From assembly GCA_964016885.1 (NCBI GenBank), contig OZ024743.1, forward strand, positions 91,388,001 through 91,452,000: a stretch of 64,000 nt of DNA, in the 5' to 3' direction. The position numbers and the translations under genes are program-made. The notes beneath the pieces were generated by a model that was not told the DNA's origin, ran no database searches, and was given only the letters and a program-made list of their open reading frames with translations. Origin of the DNA: Eledone cirrhosa (lineage: Eukaryota). Positions 26,291 through 39,263 of this stretch are shown here, one piece after another (the first letter of the stretch is position 1; each line of letters opens with the position of its first letter).

Positions 26291-26479
26291 CAATCTACTT
26301 GAAGAAGGAGGAGGAAGGCTCTGAAGCTGAATATTGAATAGTTTTACTCTAAGTGGTGTGGAGTAGGTTCAGAGTCAGGACATAAGTGGTCAGTTGATGG
26401 TCTAAAATAAAACCACTGGTCAATATAAATGGTGTTAGTAATTGTTGATGTCATACTTGAAGTACTTTAGGGTCCCAAA

Positions 26480-26870
26480 TAATGGAGGTGGGGGGGGGGG
26501 TGGAATAAACACAGGGTGTCAGAAGAATAAATGAGGGTTTTCTAATAAGTGTAGGTGGTGGAATAAGTGGGGGCAGGGTGGAATGGAGGGTAAGTGGGAA
26601 GGATAAGTGTGGGGGTTGGAATAAGTGGGGGTGGGTGGAATATGTGGGGTGAGAAGATAAGTGGGGGTGGAATGAGCAGGGCGGGGTGAAATAAGTGGGG
26701 TGGGGAGATAAGTGGGGGAGTTGGAATAAGTGGCGGTGGGGGATAAGTGAGGGTGGAATTAGCCGGGGTAGGGGATCAGTAATTTTTCTGTTGTCTCCAT
26801 TGATTTGGGGGTCATAACTATTTTTGAGGTGTTGAAGTGGGTCATGGTGCACTAAAGGTTGGGAACCACT
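26480..26870. repeat. G-rich GGAATAAGTGGGG repeats ending in a hAT-like terminus
   Basis: GGTTGGGAACCACT at ~26857-26870; no partner TIR found. Confidence 0.5.
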
Positions 26871-26891
26871 CATATACACTACATATACACA

Positions 26892-28017
26892 GGTGGCTTA
26901 GTGGTTAGAGCATTGGACATGCAATCATAAGGTTGTGAGTTCGATTCTCAGACCAGGTGATGTGTTGTGTCCTTGAGCAAGACACTTTATTTCATGTTGC
27001 TCCAGTTTACTTAGCTGGAGAAATGAGTCGCGACGTCCCTGGTGCCAAGTTGTACGAGTCGCAACGTCCCTGGTGCCAAGTTGTACGAGTCGCAACGTCC
27101 CTGGTGCCAAGTTGTACGAGTCGCAACGTCCCCGGTGCCAAGTTGTATGAGTCGCAACGTCCCTGGTGCCAAGTTGTACGAGTCGCAACGTCCCTGATGC
27201 CAAGTTGTACGAGTCGCGACGTCCCTGGTGCCAAGTTGTACGAGTCGCGACGTCCCTGGTGCCAAGTTGTATGTGTCGCGACGTCCCTGGTGCCAAGTTG
27301 TATGAGTCGCGACGTCCCTGGTGCCAAGTTGTACGAGTCGCGACGTCCCTGGTGCCAAGTTGTATGAGTCGCAACGTCCCTGGTGCCAAGTTGTACGAGT
27401 CGCGACGTCCCTGGTGCCAAGTTGTATGAGTCGCGACGTCCCTGGTGCCAAGTTGTATGAGTCGCAATGTCCCTGGTGCCAAGTTGTACGAGTCGCGACG
27501 TCCCTGGTGCCAAGTTGTATGAGTCGCAACGTCCCCGGTGCCAAGTTGTACGAGTCGCGACGTCCCTGGTGCCAAGTTGTATGAGTCGCGACGTCCCTGG
27601 TGCCAAGTTGTATGAGTCGCGACGTCCCTGGTGCCAAGTTGTATGAGTCGCGACGTCCCTGGTGCCAAGTTGTATGAGTCGCGACGTCCCTGGTGCCAAG
27701 TTGTATGAGTCGCGACGTCCCTGGTGCCAAGTTGTATGAGTCGCGACGTCCCTGGTGCCAAGTTGTATGAGTCGCGACGTCCCTGGTGCCAAGTTGTATG
27801 AGTCGCGACGTCCCTGGTGCCAAGTTGTATGAGTCGCGACGTCCCTGGTGCCAAGTTGCATCAATCTTTGCCTTTCCCTTGGACAACATCGGTGGTGTGG
27901 AGAGAGGCAGCCGGTATGTATGGGTGACTACATGTCATAAATATCCTTGCCCAGATTTGTACCTCGGAGGAAAACTTTCTAGGTGCAAATGGCTATTCAT
28001 GACTGAAGGGGCTTTTT
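26892..28017 (+). mobile_element. CORE-like SINE (non-RTE tail) inflated by an internal minisatellite
   Basis: A/B boxes and CORE-like block as at 1061; different 3' module after 27860. Confidence 0.8.
27024..27858. repeat. 31-bp CpG-rich minisatellite (~27 units)
   Basis: Unit GAGTCGCGACGTCCCTGGTGCCAAGTTGTAY. Confidence 0.98.
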
Positions 28018-29266
28018 AAGAAAAAAAATATTATATACCCACTATATTATACACTATATACACACTATATATCTATATATATCTATATATATATATATAT
28101 ATATAATAAGGGTTGACGGACCCAGCATATTTATCAATGCCAGTACCGGTTGTATCTCAGCGCACTCAATGGGCAATGTAAGATACATTACCCGAGTATA
28201 CACATAGTTATTTGCTTCAACACAACACACGTAAAACGGGTGCCTATAAGGTTCCATGATGATGATATATATATATATATAAACTATATATTATGTGTTG
28301 AAGGGAAAGGTGAAGGCCAATATGGCCATGCACCAATCAGTGTCATTGTGACACATTTTTTCAGCTAAGTGAAATAAAGTGTCTTGCTGAAGGAGACTAA
28401 GTACTGTCCAGTCAGAGGGATGGAACTCAGGACCTTACAATCATGAGCCCAGCACCCTAACCACTAAAACACAGCTGTTCCACTGTAACAATAAAATGAA
28501 ATTAATGAGACCTTTAGCCCTTTCATGACATTTCTTATGAAATACAATATTTCAATTAACTAATGAAGAATTTGGAGGGATTTACTAAAATTGTTAATTA
28601 TTTTATTTCTAAGATAGTAACTTAAATGTAAGGTTCTTATATAAAATTATGTTGCAAAATGGGTGACTTTGTTTCATAGAACCAGGGGCAGTTTTGGCTG
28701 GGTTGGTAACTAAAAAGGTTAAACACAATTCATGTAAAATGTAAATGTGGTTGGTGTTAGGCAAGACATCCAGCAGTAAAATCCCCAGCTAAATTTACAG
28801 TCCTCATGGAGCAAGGTACAGCATGGCCAACTTTGGCCAGACTTTCTCCCAACATGGACAACAGGTCTAACCCATGCAAGCATGGAAAAATGGATGATGA
28901 TATAATATAAAATATTCAAAAGAAATAAATCAATAGAAATCAAACAAAAAGAAATGCAAAAGATTATAAATGAGAGCAAGGATTAGCAAGCAACAAAAGA
29001 AAGGAGAACGGTGAGAGGGTGACAAAATCTCCTTCTAAATCAGAGTAGGGCTTTATCACCTCTGGTTTATTTGACATCTACTGTCAAAATGTCACCTGCT
29101 TACTTGCCACTCTTATCTATACTGTAGACAACAAACATCCTACTGTGTCGCCCCACCTCCACCCCGTCCTATTGACTTCCTCTCCTCCTCACCCTCATCC
29201 TCTCACTCTGATCTTTGACCTCAAACTTAATTTACTTAATAACCATTCATTGGTATGTATGTATGC

Positions 29267-29368
<102 letters not shown>

Positions 29369-29408
29369 CTTTTCCTTTCCTACGGAAACACTTCATATAT
29401 ATATATTT

Positions 29409-29524
29409 ATAGGAAAAAGTATGATCCCGACGGCAGAGCTCAAGCCGTTTTGACGGCTATTTCTGGACAGAAATAGCCGTCAAAACGGCTTGAGCTCTGC
29501 CGTCGGTGTCATACTTTTTCCTAT
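29409..29524. repeat. Near-perfect hairpin with 57-bp arms and a 2-nt loop
   Basis: 55 of 57 positions complementary around GA at 29466-29467. Confidence 0.95.
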
Positions 29525-29600
29525 TTCCCACTCTACTACCCTAAGTGTTAAGTACTCTGGTGTGTTATACTCCATCTGGTTCCTTACCACAATTCCTTTG

Positions 29601-29641
<41 letters not shown>

Positions 29642-29720
29642 CAAGCATATGAATCACTTAACACTGGGATAAACTCTGGCATGTATATATGTAATATATA
29701 TACTATATTACATATATATA

Positions 29721-31124
29721 CAGGATTGCTAGGCAATGTATCAAGGAAAACCGTGATATTGTCGGGGAGAAGTGTGTCCTTAATGATGATGGTGTACTTG
29801 CCATCACTGACGCTGATAAGAAGGTAGCTTGGAAATGTCACTACGAAAGGCTACTAAATGAGGAGAATAAATGGGAGAAAGACAGTCTCCCCCACATCGA
29901 TCCAATAGAGGGACCAGCAGTGTTAGTCGAAGGTAGTATAATAAGTAAGGCAATCAAAGATATGAAGACGGGTAAGGCGGCTAGGCCTTCGGAAATAGTT
30001 GCTGAAATGCTGAAAGCTTCTGGAACGGTGGGACACACTATAGTCACCTGGATAGTAAACCAAGTCATACAGAATGGGGTTGTTCCGAAGGACTGGCGTA
30101 GCAGCATCATCATTAACTGCTACAAGGGTAAAGGAGATGCCCTAGATAGGGGTAACTATAGAGGCATTAAATTATTCGACCAGGTCATGAAGGTCACAGA
30201 AAAAGTAATAGCGCAACTAATCAGAGAGCGAATTGATCTAGATGAAATGCAGTTCGAGTTTGTGTCAGGTAAAAGTGCCACAGACGCTCTTTTCATTGTA
30301 CGACAACTACAGGAGAAGTACCTAGCTAAAAGTAAACCCCTATACTTAGCTTTTGTCGACTTGGAGAAAGCCTTTGACAGAGTCCCCCGTTCCATTATCT
30401 GGTGGGCTCTTAGAAAACTAGGTGTTGATGAATGGCTTGTGAGAGCTATACAAGCCATGTATAAAGAAACAGTCAGCAAGGTTAGAATTAACAACGAATA
30501 TAGTGAAGACTTTAGCGTAAAGGTTGGTGTTTATCAGGGCTCCGTTCTTAGCCCGCTACTATTTATTATTGCCCTTCAGGCTATAACAGAGGAGTTCAAG
30601 ACCGGCTGCCCATGGGAACTCCTATACGCAGATGATCTAACGCTCATAGCTGAATCAATGGCTGAACTAGAGAAGAAATTCCAAACATGGAAGCATGGCC
30701 TAGAATCAAAAGGTCTTAAAATTAACCTGTCTAAGACTAAAGTTCTAGTTTGTAGGAAGGAAAATAGGGCACCGGTCCCATCCGGGAAATGGCCATGCTC
30801 AGTGTGTAGAAAAGGAGTAGGTAGTAACTCCATTTTATGTCCCAAATGCAAAGTATGGGTGCATAAAAGATGTAGTGGGATCACAGGTAAGCTAACTAAG
30901 AATATAGATTTTATATATGGCCGGTGCGCTGGTACAATAAGTAGCAGCAAATGCCCACAGAATACTAGCTCATTCCATTGCACAGATGGTTCTATAGAAA
31001 TAGTGGACACCTTCCGTTACTTGGGTGACAAAATCAGCAGTGGTGGAGGGTGCTCTGAAAGTACAGTAGCTAGAGTCAGAACGGGATGGAAAAAGTTCAG
31101 AGAGCTTATACCACTATTAGCCGC
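29721..31124 (+). mobile_element. RTE internal fragment with an intact RT+PHD reading frame
   Basis: ORF 29920..31215 with YADD, PHD and FRYLG; truncated at both ends. Confidence 0.95.
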
Positions 31125-31648
31125 AACACTATCAACACCCCCATCCCACCCCATCATACTACCACCACCACTAACACTACCACCACCACAACCATACACT
31201 TCTAAGCAATACTGAAATTATTTTTATCAGTGTAACTTTATCAGTTGTCAAGATATTACTAATACAAGTTAGTAATTAGTAAATAGTACATTTTTTTATT
31301 TAATAAATTATATATAGACATATTATGTCAACTATATTTTACAAAAAGAAGTTATACAATGATGGAAATATTTTGCTATCTGTTATAGCGTGGAAGATAG
31401 ACGTTAAACGATGATGATATTATATCAACTATATTTTACAAACAAAAGTTATAAGTGGGCTTGGTGAAAAGCCTATAAATAAGAACTGAAATCAACGTAA
31501 TTATGCCTGGTAAATACTGTGAGTTTTACCCTCGTTATATATAGATATACAAAACAGGTGTGTCACACCAATATAACAGGCAATGATGGAAATATTTTGT
31601 TATGTTATACATAAACATATAATGTCAACTATATTTTATAAACAGAAG

Positions 31649-32426
31649 GCTTCTTATTACGAAGTTCGCAGATGGTCTGCCAGAACACTTTATTTGCTGA
31701 TCTGAAGTTAGATTCCAGCTTAACCCAAAAGTCTTCCCATGTCTTAACTTTGGACACTTTTACTGTCTCTGCTGTGATTCTTCGTGCCTGCTTGTACCGC
31801 AAGTGCAAGCAGGAGGACTTATTTTCAAGCCAAGCTTTGTAAAAATCCTTCTTTGCTCGGATGGGGTTTTTGACCTCTTGATTGAACCAAGGGGTGCTCC
31901 TGCCATCCGGCACCATACCAAGCCTCTTTTGCCATTTAACAGCTGAAGCAGAAACTGCTGTGCTGAGCAATTTTCACCCTGTCTCAACCTCCTCAGTTTG
32001 CTTCCCACTTTATCCTGTAGGTCACCCTGGAGCCGCCAGCTTTGTGGACATCCTTGGCTTTAGTTAGTCTCAAGTTGCAGATAACTATAAGGTGATCAGT
32101 TGACAGCTCAACCCCTCTCTTAACATGAACATCCAGCACAGAATCAAAGAAATCAGAGACAATAAGAAACTTGATTATTGATCTCTGTCCTTGATTTCCC
32201 TTATACCATGTATATTTATGGATGTCTTTGTGCTGGAAAAAAGTATTGAGACCCAGGGGTAGATCCTGAGCAAGATCGTTGAATAACATCCATGAGCTTG
32301 ACTTGTCTCGCTTGGGGATTCAGCTGGATCAGTTGGAGACAGTTGCTTCTGACAGGATCCGCTGGAAGGAGTCTTTGAAGACTCTGCCCCCACGACCCTG
32401 TCAGGAATAAGTGAGTGAAGAAGAAG
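31649..32426 (+). mobile_element. (GAA)n-tailed RTE with an inverted 5' segment
   Basis: 31649-32248 is minus-strand APE/linker (NTFFQHKDIHKYTWY, STDH); 32249-32426 is the plus-strand 3' end plus GAAGAAGAAG. Confidence 0.75.
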
Positions 32427-32502
32427 TTATACAATGATGGAAAAATGTTGTTATCTGTTATACACAAACATATATCAACTATATTTTACAGAAAGAAGTT
32501 AT

Positions 32503-32961
32503 CTTCAAATTAGTATTGTGCCAACCCTTGCCTAGGGTCATGAATCTTGGATAATGACCAAAGGAATACGATTGCGAATACAAGCGGCTGAAATGGGGTT
32601 CCTCCGAAGGGTCTTTGAAGTAACGTTACTCGATAGAACATAGCTCGGAAATCAGAGAGTCACTCCAAGTAGAGCCACTACTTCTTCGAAATGAGAAATC
32701 ACAGCTCCAATACTATGGCCATGTGGTTAGAATGTCTCAGGAAAGAATCACTGGACAGAGTTTATGAGCAAAACCAGCCCACAAGAGACCCAGTAGTAGA
32801 CCCCAAGCAAGATGGTTGGATAACATACACGAGCTTGGCTGGTCTCACCTGGTTATCCTGCCAGATCAGTTGGAGACAATTGCTCCTGACAGGACATGCT
32901 GGAAGAAGTGTTTGAGGACTGCCACCATGACCCTCTCAAGAACAAATGGACGAAGAAGAAG
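32503..32961 (+). mobile_element. (GAA)n-tailed RTE 3' fragment
   Basis: RIQAAEMGFLRRV and YYGHVVRM motifs; AAGAAGTTAT on both sides. Confidence 0.8.
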
Positions 32962-33505
32962 TTATACAATGATGGAATTATGAAGAAAAAAGATAAAAAC
33001 AAAATTAAGTAATGAGAAAAAGAGGGAAAGGGGTAAAGAAGGGCAGATCTGGCTATATAGGAAAGTAGAGGAAAGAACTATAAATGCCACAAATGAGAGG
33101 AAATGGAGAAAAAAAGCATGGACTATTTGACCACTGAAGATAGAGAGGGAGAAGGGAAGAAGGTGACAGGCTCTATGCTTAAGACGGGGCGGTGTTTCAA
33201 ATTAGTAGGCAGTCAGTTAGTTGTAGTCAAGTTAATTGGGCCTGAGCAACTGGCCGAGAAAATGCTAAGAACAACAGGTAAGAACAGGTAACAGAGTTAC
33301 CAACAGGTAACAGTCATTATTCTAAGTTGATAGGAATCTTAATTAACGTGTATTAAACAACAACAAACTTATAATTACTGAGAAAAAGTCATTTGAAGAA
33401 AAACTGTTCTACCTAATTACTGCTTTGTGGGGACTTTTTTATTGTTGTTGTTGATTTGTGGGTGTTTGTTGTTACTGTTGTTGTTTTGTGAGGCTTGCTT
33501 GTTGT

Positions 33506-33583
<78 letters not shown>

Positions 33584-33635
33584 TATTTGTATTTGATGTT
33601 ACAGTATTTGGTGATTGAACAAAGACAATACATGG

Positions 33636-33908
33636 TCTGGGAGGTGGAGGTGGTGGTGGCAGCCGTAGTATGGTCGTGGGTAGCAGTGATGTTTAGTGGT
33701 GGTGGTCAAGTGGTAGCAACAGTAGCATGGTGGTGGTGGTGGAAGTGGCATGGTGGAGTGGAAGTGACATAGTGGTTAATGGCATTGTGGCAGAGAAGGT
33801 GGTGATGGTTATGGTGGTGGCAATGATGGTGGGTAGTACCAGTAGTGGCATGGTGGCAGTGGTGGTTGTGGTGGCCATGGTGGTGACAGCAGTGGCATGG
33901 TGGTGGTA
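33636..33908. repeat. Degenerate (GGT)n repeat
   Basis: Seen directly. Confidence 0.85.
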
Positions 33909-34019
33909 AAGATTTTTATATTTCTCTTTAATCCCAATATTTTTCTGATCAGTAAATATTTCAGTTAAGATGATTTTCTTTGATGTCTGAAAGAATCGAA
34001 TATTTCAAATAATTGTAAT

Positions 34020-34376
34020 ATGCTGACGTGTTCTCTGCCCCCAACTTAACCCCTAGTATTGCAGCCTCCAGCTTAGTCACTTCAGCCACGAACCCCTGGT
34101 GCTACGGCCTGCAATGCAGAGGACAGGAAGACAAGCAAATACCAGGGCTTATCCAGCCGCGTCCTCTTTGCACCGGTTGTCATTGAGACCTCAGGTGTCT
34201 CCAGACCCTGTATGGCCAAGCTCCTCTGTAAAATCAGAACATCAGCAGCAGCCCTTCTGAGGAAGGAACCCCACAAGGTGGCATGACTGTTCCAGCAGGT
34301 GTCGCTGATCATTGTCTGTGGAAACACCTTTGCTGTTTTGTCCGCAAGGTGCAGCCAAAACACTGCCCCAACCTAA
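34020..34376 (+). mobile_element. CRE-clade non-LTR retrotransposon 3' remnant
   Basis: AEDRKTSKYQGL...FAPVVIETSG...LFQQVSLIIVCGN. Confidence 0.75.
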
Positions 34377-34898
34377 GTGTAGAACCTGCCACACTCACGT
34401 TCCTCCACTCCTTGACCTACAGCCTAATATTCCTTGCTCTTTCCTTTCTTTTCTTCACATTTATGGCATTTATAGTCCTATTCTCTATTTTCCCATACAG
34501 CCAAATCTGCCCTTCTTTACCCTTTCTCCCTTGTTTTGTCATTACTTAATTTTGTTTTTATCATTTTTAATATTTCCACCATTGTATAACTTCTGTTTGT
34601 AAAATATTGACATAATAAAACCATAATTATGAGAAAAGAAAAGAAAAAAAAATTGAGATATTTCTTCCAACACTCTGCACCCAGAGTTTAGTTCCTGTTG
34701 AGGTCAACTTTGCCATTTATCATTTCAAGGTGTATGTGTGTGTGTAGGGGGGGGGGTCCATAATTTAAAGTACTAATCCAGGTGTGTGCATGTGTTTGTG
34801 TGTGTGTGTGTATGTCTGTATATATATATATGTATGTGTCTGTGTGTGAGAATATGTATGTATGTGTAGATGTGTCTATGTGTGTGTGTAGGTGTGTT

Positions 34899-34932
<34 letters not shown>

Positions 34933-34943
34933 CATACATACAT

Positions 34944-35720
34944 AAAACAGTATATAGAGAAGAAAACACAAAAGGGTATGTTTTCAATTATGAGAGGTAG
35001 AGAACCACTAGAGTGAAAAACAAAGTCTATGAAAGGAGTGGAAAATACATATTAATTAAAAGAGTAAATCAAATGTACAGACCGACCTTTTATAACTATA
35101 AAAAAACACCTGGACAAACTCTAAGAGAATGTTTCGCCATAAAAAGTGTTGATACCATACTGCTCAGGGCTTCTCAACAGATGTAAAGACAGTATGGTCA
35201 ACACTTCTAAAGAAACTTCAGTCAACTAAAATATTGCACATGATGAGAGCAGATACATAAAAATGCATGCTAGATAATACATAGTGGCTTGAATGGATAA
35301 AAAAAAACGTTAGAAATGGCAGCCCATAACCATTCAACTTAAAAAGCTCAACTAACATAAAGAAATTAGTTAGGAGCCAAATTATCAAATGAAAAAAATG
35401 GAGTTAAAAACTTGTGTTAATCCCCTGTAATTTAATGAGCTCAAGGAATAACGCTCGATTTAACTTGGTTTTTTTTTCATTTGATATTCTGGCTCCTAAT
35501 TTCTTTATGTTAGTTGAGCTTTTTAAGTTAAATGGTTATCTTCTTTCACCATGTGCGATATTTCAGTTGTCTGAATTTTCTTTAGAAGTGCCAACCATAA
35601 TGTCTTAACACCTGTTGAGAAACATACCCTTTTGTGTTTTCTTCTCTATATACTGTTTTACTGTTTTATGACGAGCCCGGTACTTATTCCTTGAGCTCAT
35701 TAAATTACAGGGAATTAACG
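34944..35720. repeat. Imperfect, permuted fold-back, possibly Penelope pLTR-derived
   Basis: Four blocks present in both orientations. Confidence 0.75.
35107..35183 (-). ncRNA. Degenerate type I hammerhead-like motif
   Basis: CATCTG-TTGAGAA-GCC..GGC-GAAA-CA..TG-TC-CAGGTG; two core mismatches. Confidence 0.35.
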
Positions 35721-36584
35721 CCATATATATATATAAATTAATAAAAACAATGAAATAAAAACAAAGAACAAGTTCCTTATATTAAAAAATTATCATTTTA
35801 TGATCGTTTCTAGGATGTATATGTGTGTTGGTATGTATATCATATAGATCTATGTAAACATGTTACAAATTATCAGAGGAAATATGCATACCTTCACATA
35901 TATATGCCTTATTGAAAAAAAAACAACAAAGATTTAATATAAAAGGTCTGTTTGGGAACTGGTTTTGAATTGACCAATAGAAAAGTAGTTAGAGGTCAAG
36001 TTGATAGAATAGTAGTAGTAGAAATTTAATTTAGGGGTAGAGGAGTGCAGACTTATGTTTTGAATGAAAAGAATACTTTGGAGATGAAAAGAGGTCAAGC
36101 CAGTGAAGAATACACAAAAATTTGATGTTATTAAAAAATAATGTTAAAAACGAAGGAAAATAAAATTTTAGAATAAAGGTATTAGTGAGAAATACCAATC
36201 TTATTTAAACCACAAGGAATCTAGATCTATAACAAGAAATTAAATTAATTGATAGGTATACTTATAGGGATAAATTTATATTAATTCATATGAATGTGAT
36301 AAATAAGAATTAGATGTTATTAAAGAGTGTTGTTAAAAACGAAGGAAAGTAAAATTTTGGGATAAGGGTAGTAGTGAGAAATACCAATCTTATATAAACT
36401 ACAAGGAATCTAGATTCATAACAGGAAATTAAATTAATTTATAGGTATACTTTTAGGTATTAATTTTAGGAAAAGAGAGGGAAATAAAATTATGAAGTTC
36501 TCTGTAGTAAAGTACTAATTATAGGTTAAGTAAATTTAAAAAACTAATTATAATAATATGTAAAATATAAGTGTAAGATGTATA

Positions 36585-37330
36585 TTAATTAGGTTTATAA
36601 TATTTGAAGGTTCTTCTAATTCTATGATTGCAAGATATAATTAATTCCTGTTGCTTATTTAATAGGATATCCTTAGATTTCATGATTTCAAAAAGTTCCT
36701 GGGAGCATAATCTACACTCGTATCTGTTATTTTGATAAGGGGTGGCCCTTTTGAGCACACTCCAGGTCAGGTTGTAATCGATATTCTTCTTTCTATAATT
36801 ATTAATTGTTTCAGCCAAGGATGTTGCATTAGCTAATGCGGCATTTTTAAAACTATGTTTGTGGGTATTAAATCTTACTTTAAATTGGTTAGACGTAGCT
36901 CCTATATATGAATAAGTGGAGTCCTTAGTGCTAATTTTACATTTATAGATTATGTTATTAATAAGACAATTTCCCTTTAATGGGCAATTTCTTTTGATTC
37001 TACAGTTACAACCATTCGTGAATATTATATCAGGGGAGTTAGTCAAATTTGGTGTGGAATTTACACGACTTGTTATAGGTAAAGGAGATGGTGGTTTGTT
37101 GCAGTTTATTTTAGTATTATGGTTGGTGGTATATTTGTGGTTATTTTACATTTATATGAGTTGTACGCACTTATATTTTGTTGTATATTTTTGGTAGTGG
37201 AGTAGGAAAATTTGACAATTGATCTATTTAAAATTTGATGGTATTTATGGTTTGGCGGGAAGTTTTTCTCTGGGATAGTAAAAAAATGTTTAGGGATATT
37301 ATCTTTGATTTGTAGATTAAATGGAGCATT
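36585..37330 (-). mobile_element. Penelope-like element C-terminus (GIY-YIG endonuclease, Naiad-type)
   Basis: NAPFN...FPPNHKYHQILNRSIVKFSYS, CNCRxxxxCPLKGNCL, IIY...YIG, FKVRFNTH, CRLC, LLNK. Confidence 0.88.
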
Positions 37331-38600
37331 ACCTGCTTTTTGGCCTTAATTGACTCCTCCACCTTACTGTTCCACCACCACGTTACTCTCCTCCTGCCTA
37401 TAGGCCTGCTCCAACCACAGACTTCATCTGCCGCCATCAGCAGCTTTGCTTTCAGGAATTCCCACTGTTCCTCTATATTGTATGACTCTAATTGCTCTTC
37501 CTTACTGTCGAAAGCATCAAGTAATATGCTTTTGAATTTATTACTGGCTGTGGGGTCCTTTAGCTTCCATATTTTTCTCCTGAGGATAGTCCTCTTCTGT
37601 TGTCGAGTACGTCTCGTCCTGACTCTGAGGTCGCTAATTATGAGTCTATGTTGGGAGGTGCATTCTTCATGGGGGAGGGATTTAGTGTTTACAACAGACA
37701 CTCTGTCACGTCTTCTGGTAAGGATATAATCTACCTGGCTGGTATATTCCCCTGATCTGTAGGTGATCAAGTGATTGTTTCGTTTTTTGAAGTTAGTGTT
37801 ACAGATAGTTAGGTTATTTGCGTCACAAGAATTCCAGGATTCTGGAGCCTTCCTCATTTCTAGTACCAAACCCATAGCCTCCGTGGATTCCGTCATAGCC
37901 GTCACAATGTTGTCCAACGTGACCATTTAGGTCACCAGCAATAATTATATAGTCACTGTCGGTTATTTGGGAGGTAGTGAGCATCAGTGTCTCATAGAAT
38001 CTGTCTTTTATAGCGCCAGGCAGTCCGGATTGGGGTGCGTACGCAGATATTACTGTCACAGTAGTTCTATTTAGAACAATTCTTATTTTAATTATTCTGT
38101 CGTTCACTATTTACGTCTATTATCTTATCCACCCATTTTTCTGCTAACATGATTCCTACCCGACCCAGCCCATTGTCATTTCCCACCCAGAAAAGCTTAT
38201 AGCATCGTTTTTTACCCACAATGAATCTAGCAGACCCGCCCCTCCACCTGGTCTCTTGGATACAGCAAACATCAACCTCCTTACATTCAAGCATTTCTAC
38301 AACCTCGTTAAAGCGGCCTTTTAAAGTGCCTACATTCATGGTACCAACTCTGAAGTTTTGGATTGCGTTTGGTGGGTGGGGCGCGGAGAGGGGTGGGGCG
38401 TGGGGGTTATGTTGGCCATCCGCGGCCGAAACAAAGAGGAGGAGTCCTTATCCTTTCGTCCGGCAGCATGAGGTGAATTTGTCGTTATCTTTGGCATTGT
38501 CTCTGAGTGTCCAGATACGTCAGACTCTCCAGAAATTCCTTAGTCCATTCATCATATCGAAAAGCAACCAGAAGTGATAGCATAGGTCGCTGACTTATGA
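37331..38600 (-). mobile_element. RTE 5' portion (5'UTR + APE), 3'-truncated and frameshifted
   Basis: VGTMNVGTLKG, CCIQETRW, SAYAPQ, AGDLNGHVG; overlaps in sequence with 10194-10840. Confidence 0.92.
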
Positions 38601-39263
38601 TTGGTCCAAATAATAATGGTGGAGAGTGGGGGCGGGCGGGAGGGGTATGGGGTAGTTAGCGAGAAGGTTTTAAATAAAGCATATAACAGTAACAAGCAAT
38701 ATACAGGGATTTTAAAATACACAAGATTATTTAGAACAGCCAGTCAGAATTATAGAATAGCATTGAGAAAGTAGGATTGGATTCTGGGCGGATTATACAG
38801 ATATATGGATGAATGAACCGAAGGGTGGGGAGACAAGAAGAAAATGGTATTTTTACATTACATTTCGTAGAAGTGGTATATATATATATATATATATGGA
38901 AAAGAATGAAATGAAATTTCCTTTCGTACGGCTGATACTTAAATGTAAGTAAGTATATGTACATACATATATGTATACAGACATACAGTAGTATGTATAT
39001 ATACACATACATGCACACATATATATATATACGTATGGGTTTACCGAACATTTATTATAATGTTCGGTTTATTTGTAAACAAACAGCCCGAATTAAGCCG
39101 TACAATGTTCGGCAATCATCGTTGCCCTTTTGTTCAACACGGACAAAGGAACGATGAACTAGTTTCAAGCTTATTAGCTATCATCGGCATCGTATACCTT
39201 TTTGTCAGATTCGGGCTGTTTGTTTACAAACAAACCGACATTATAATAAATGTTTGATAAACC

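Noticed and set aside
25620-26337. Poly-Q/T/L/C ORFs
   Set aside because: Degenerate trinucleotide repeat without splice or homology support
26925-27889. ~300-aa repetitive ORFs in three frames
   Set aside because: Stop-free 31-bp minisatellite inside a SINE; no coding evidence
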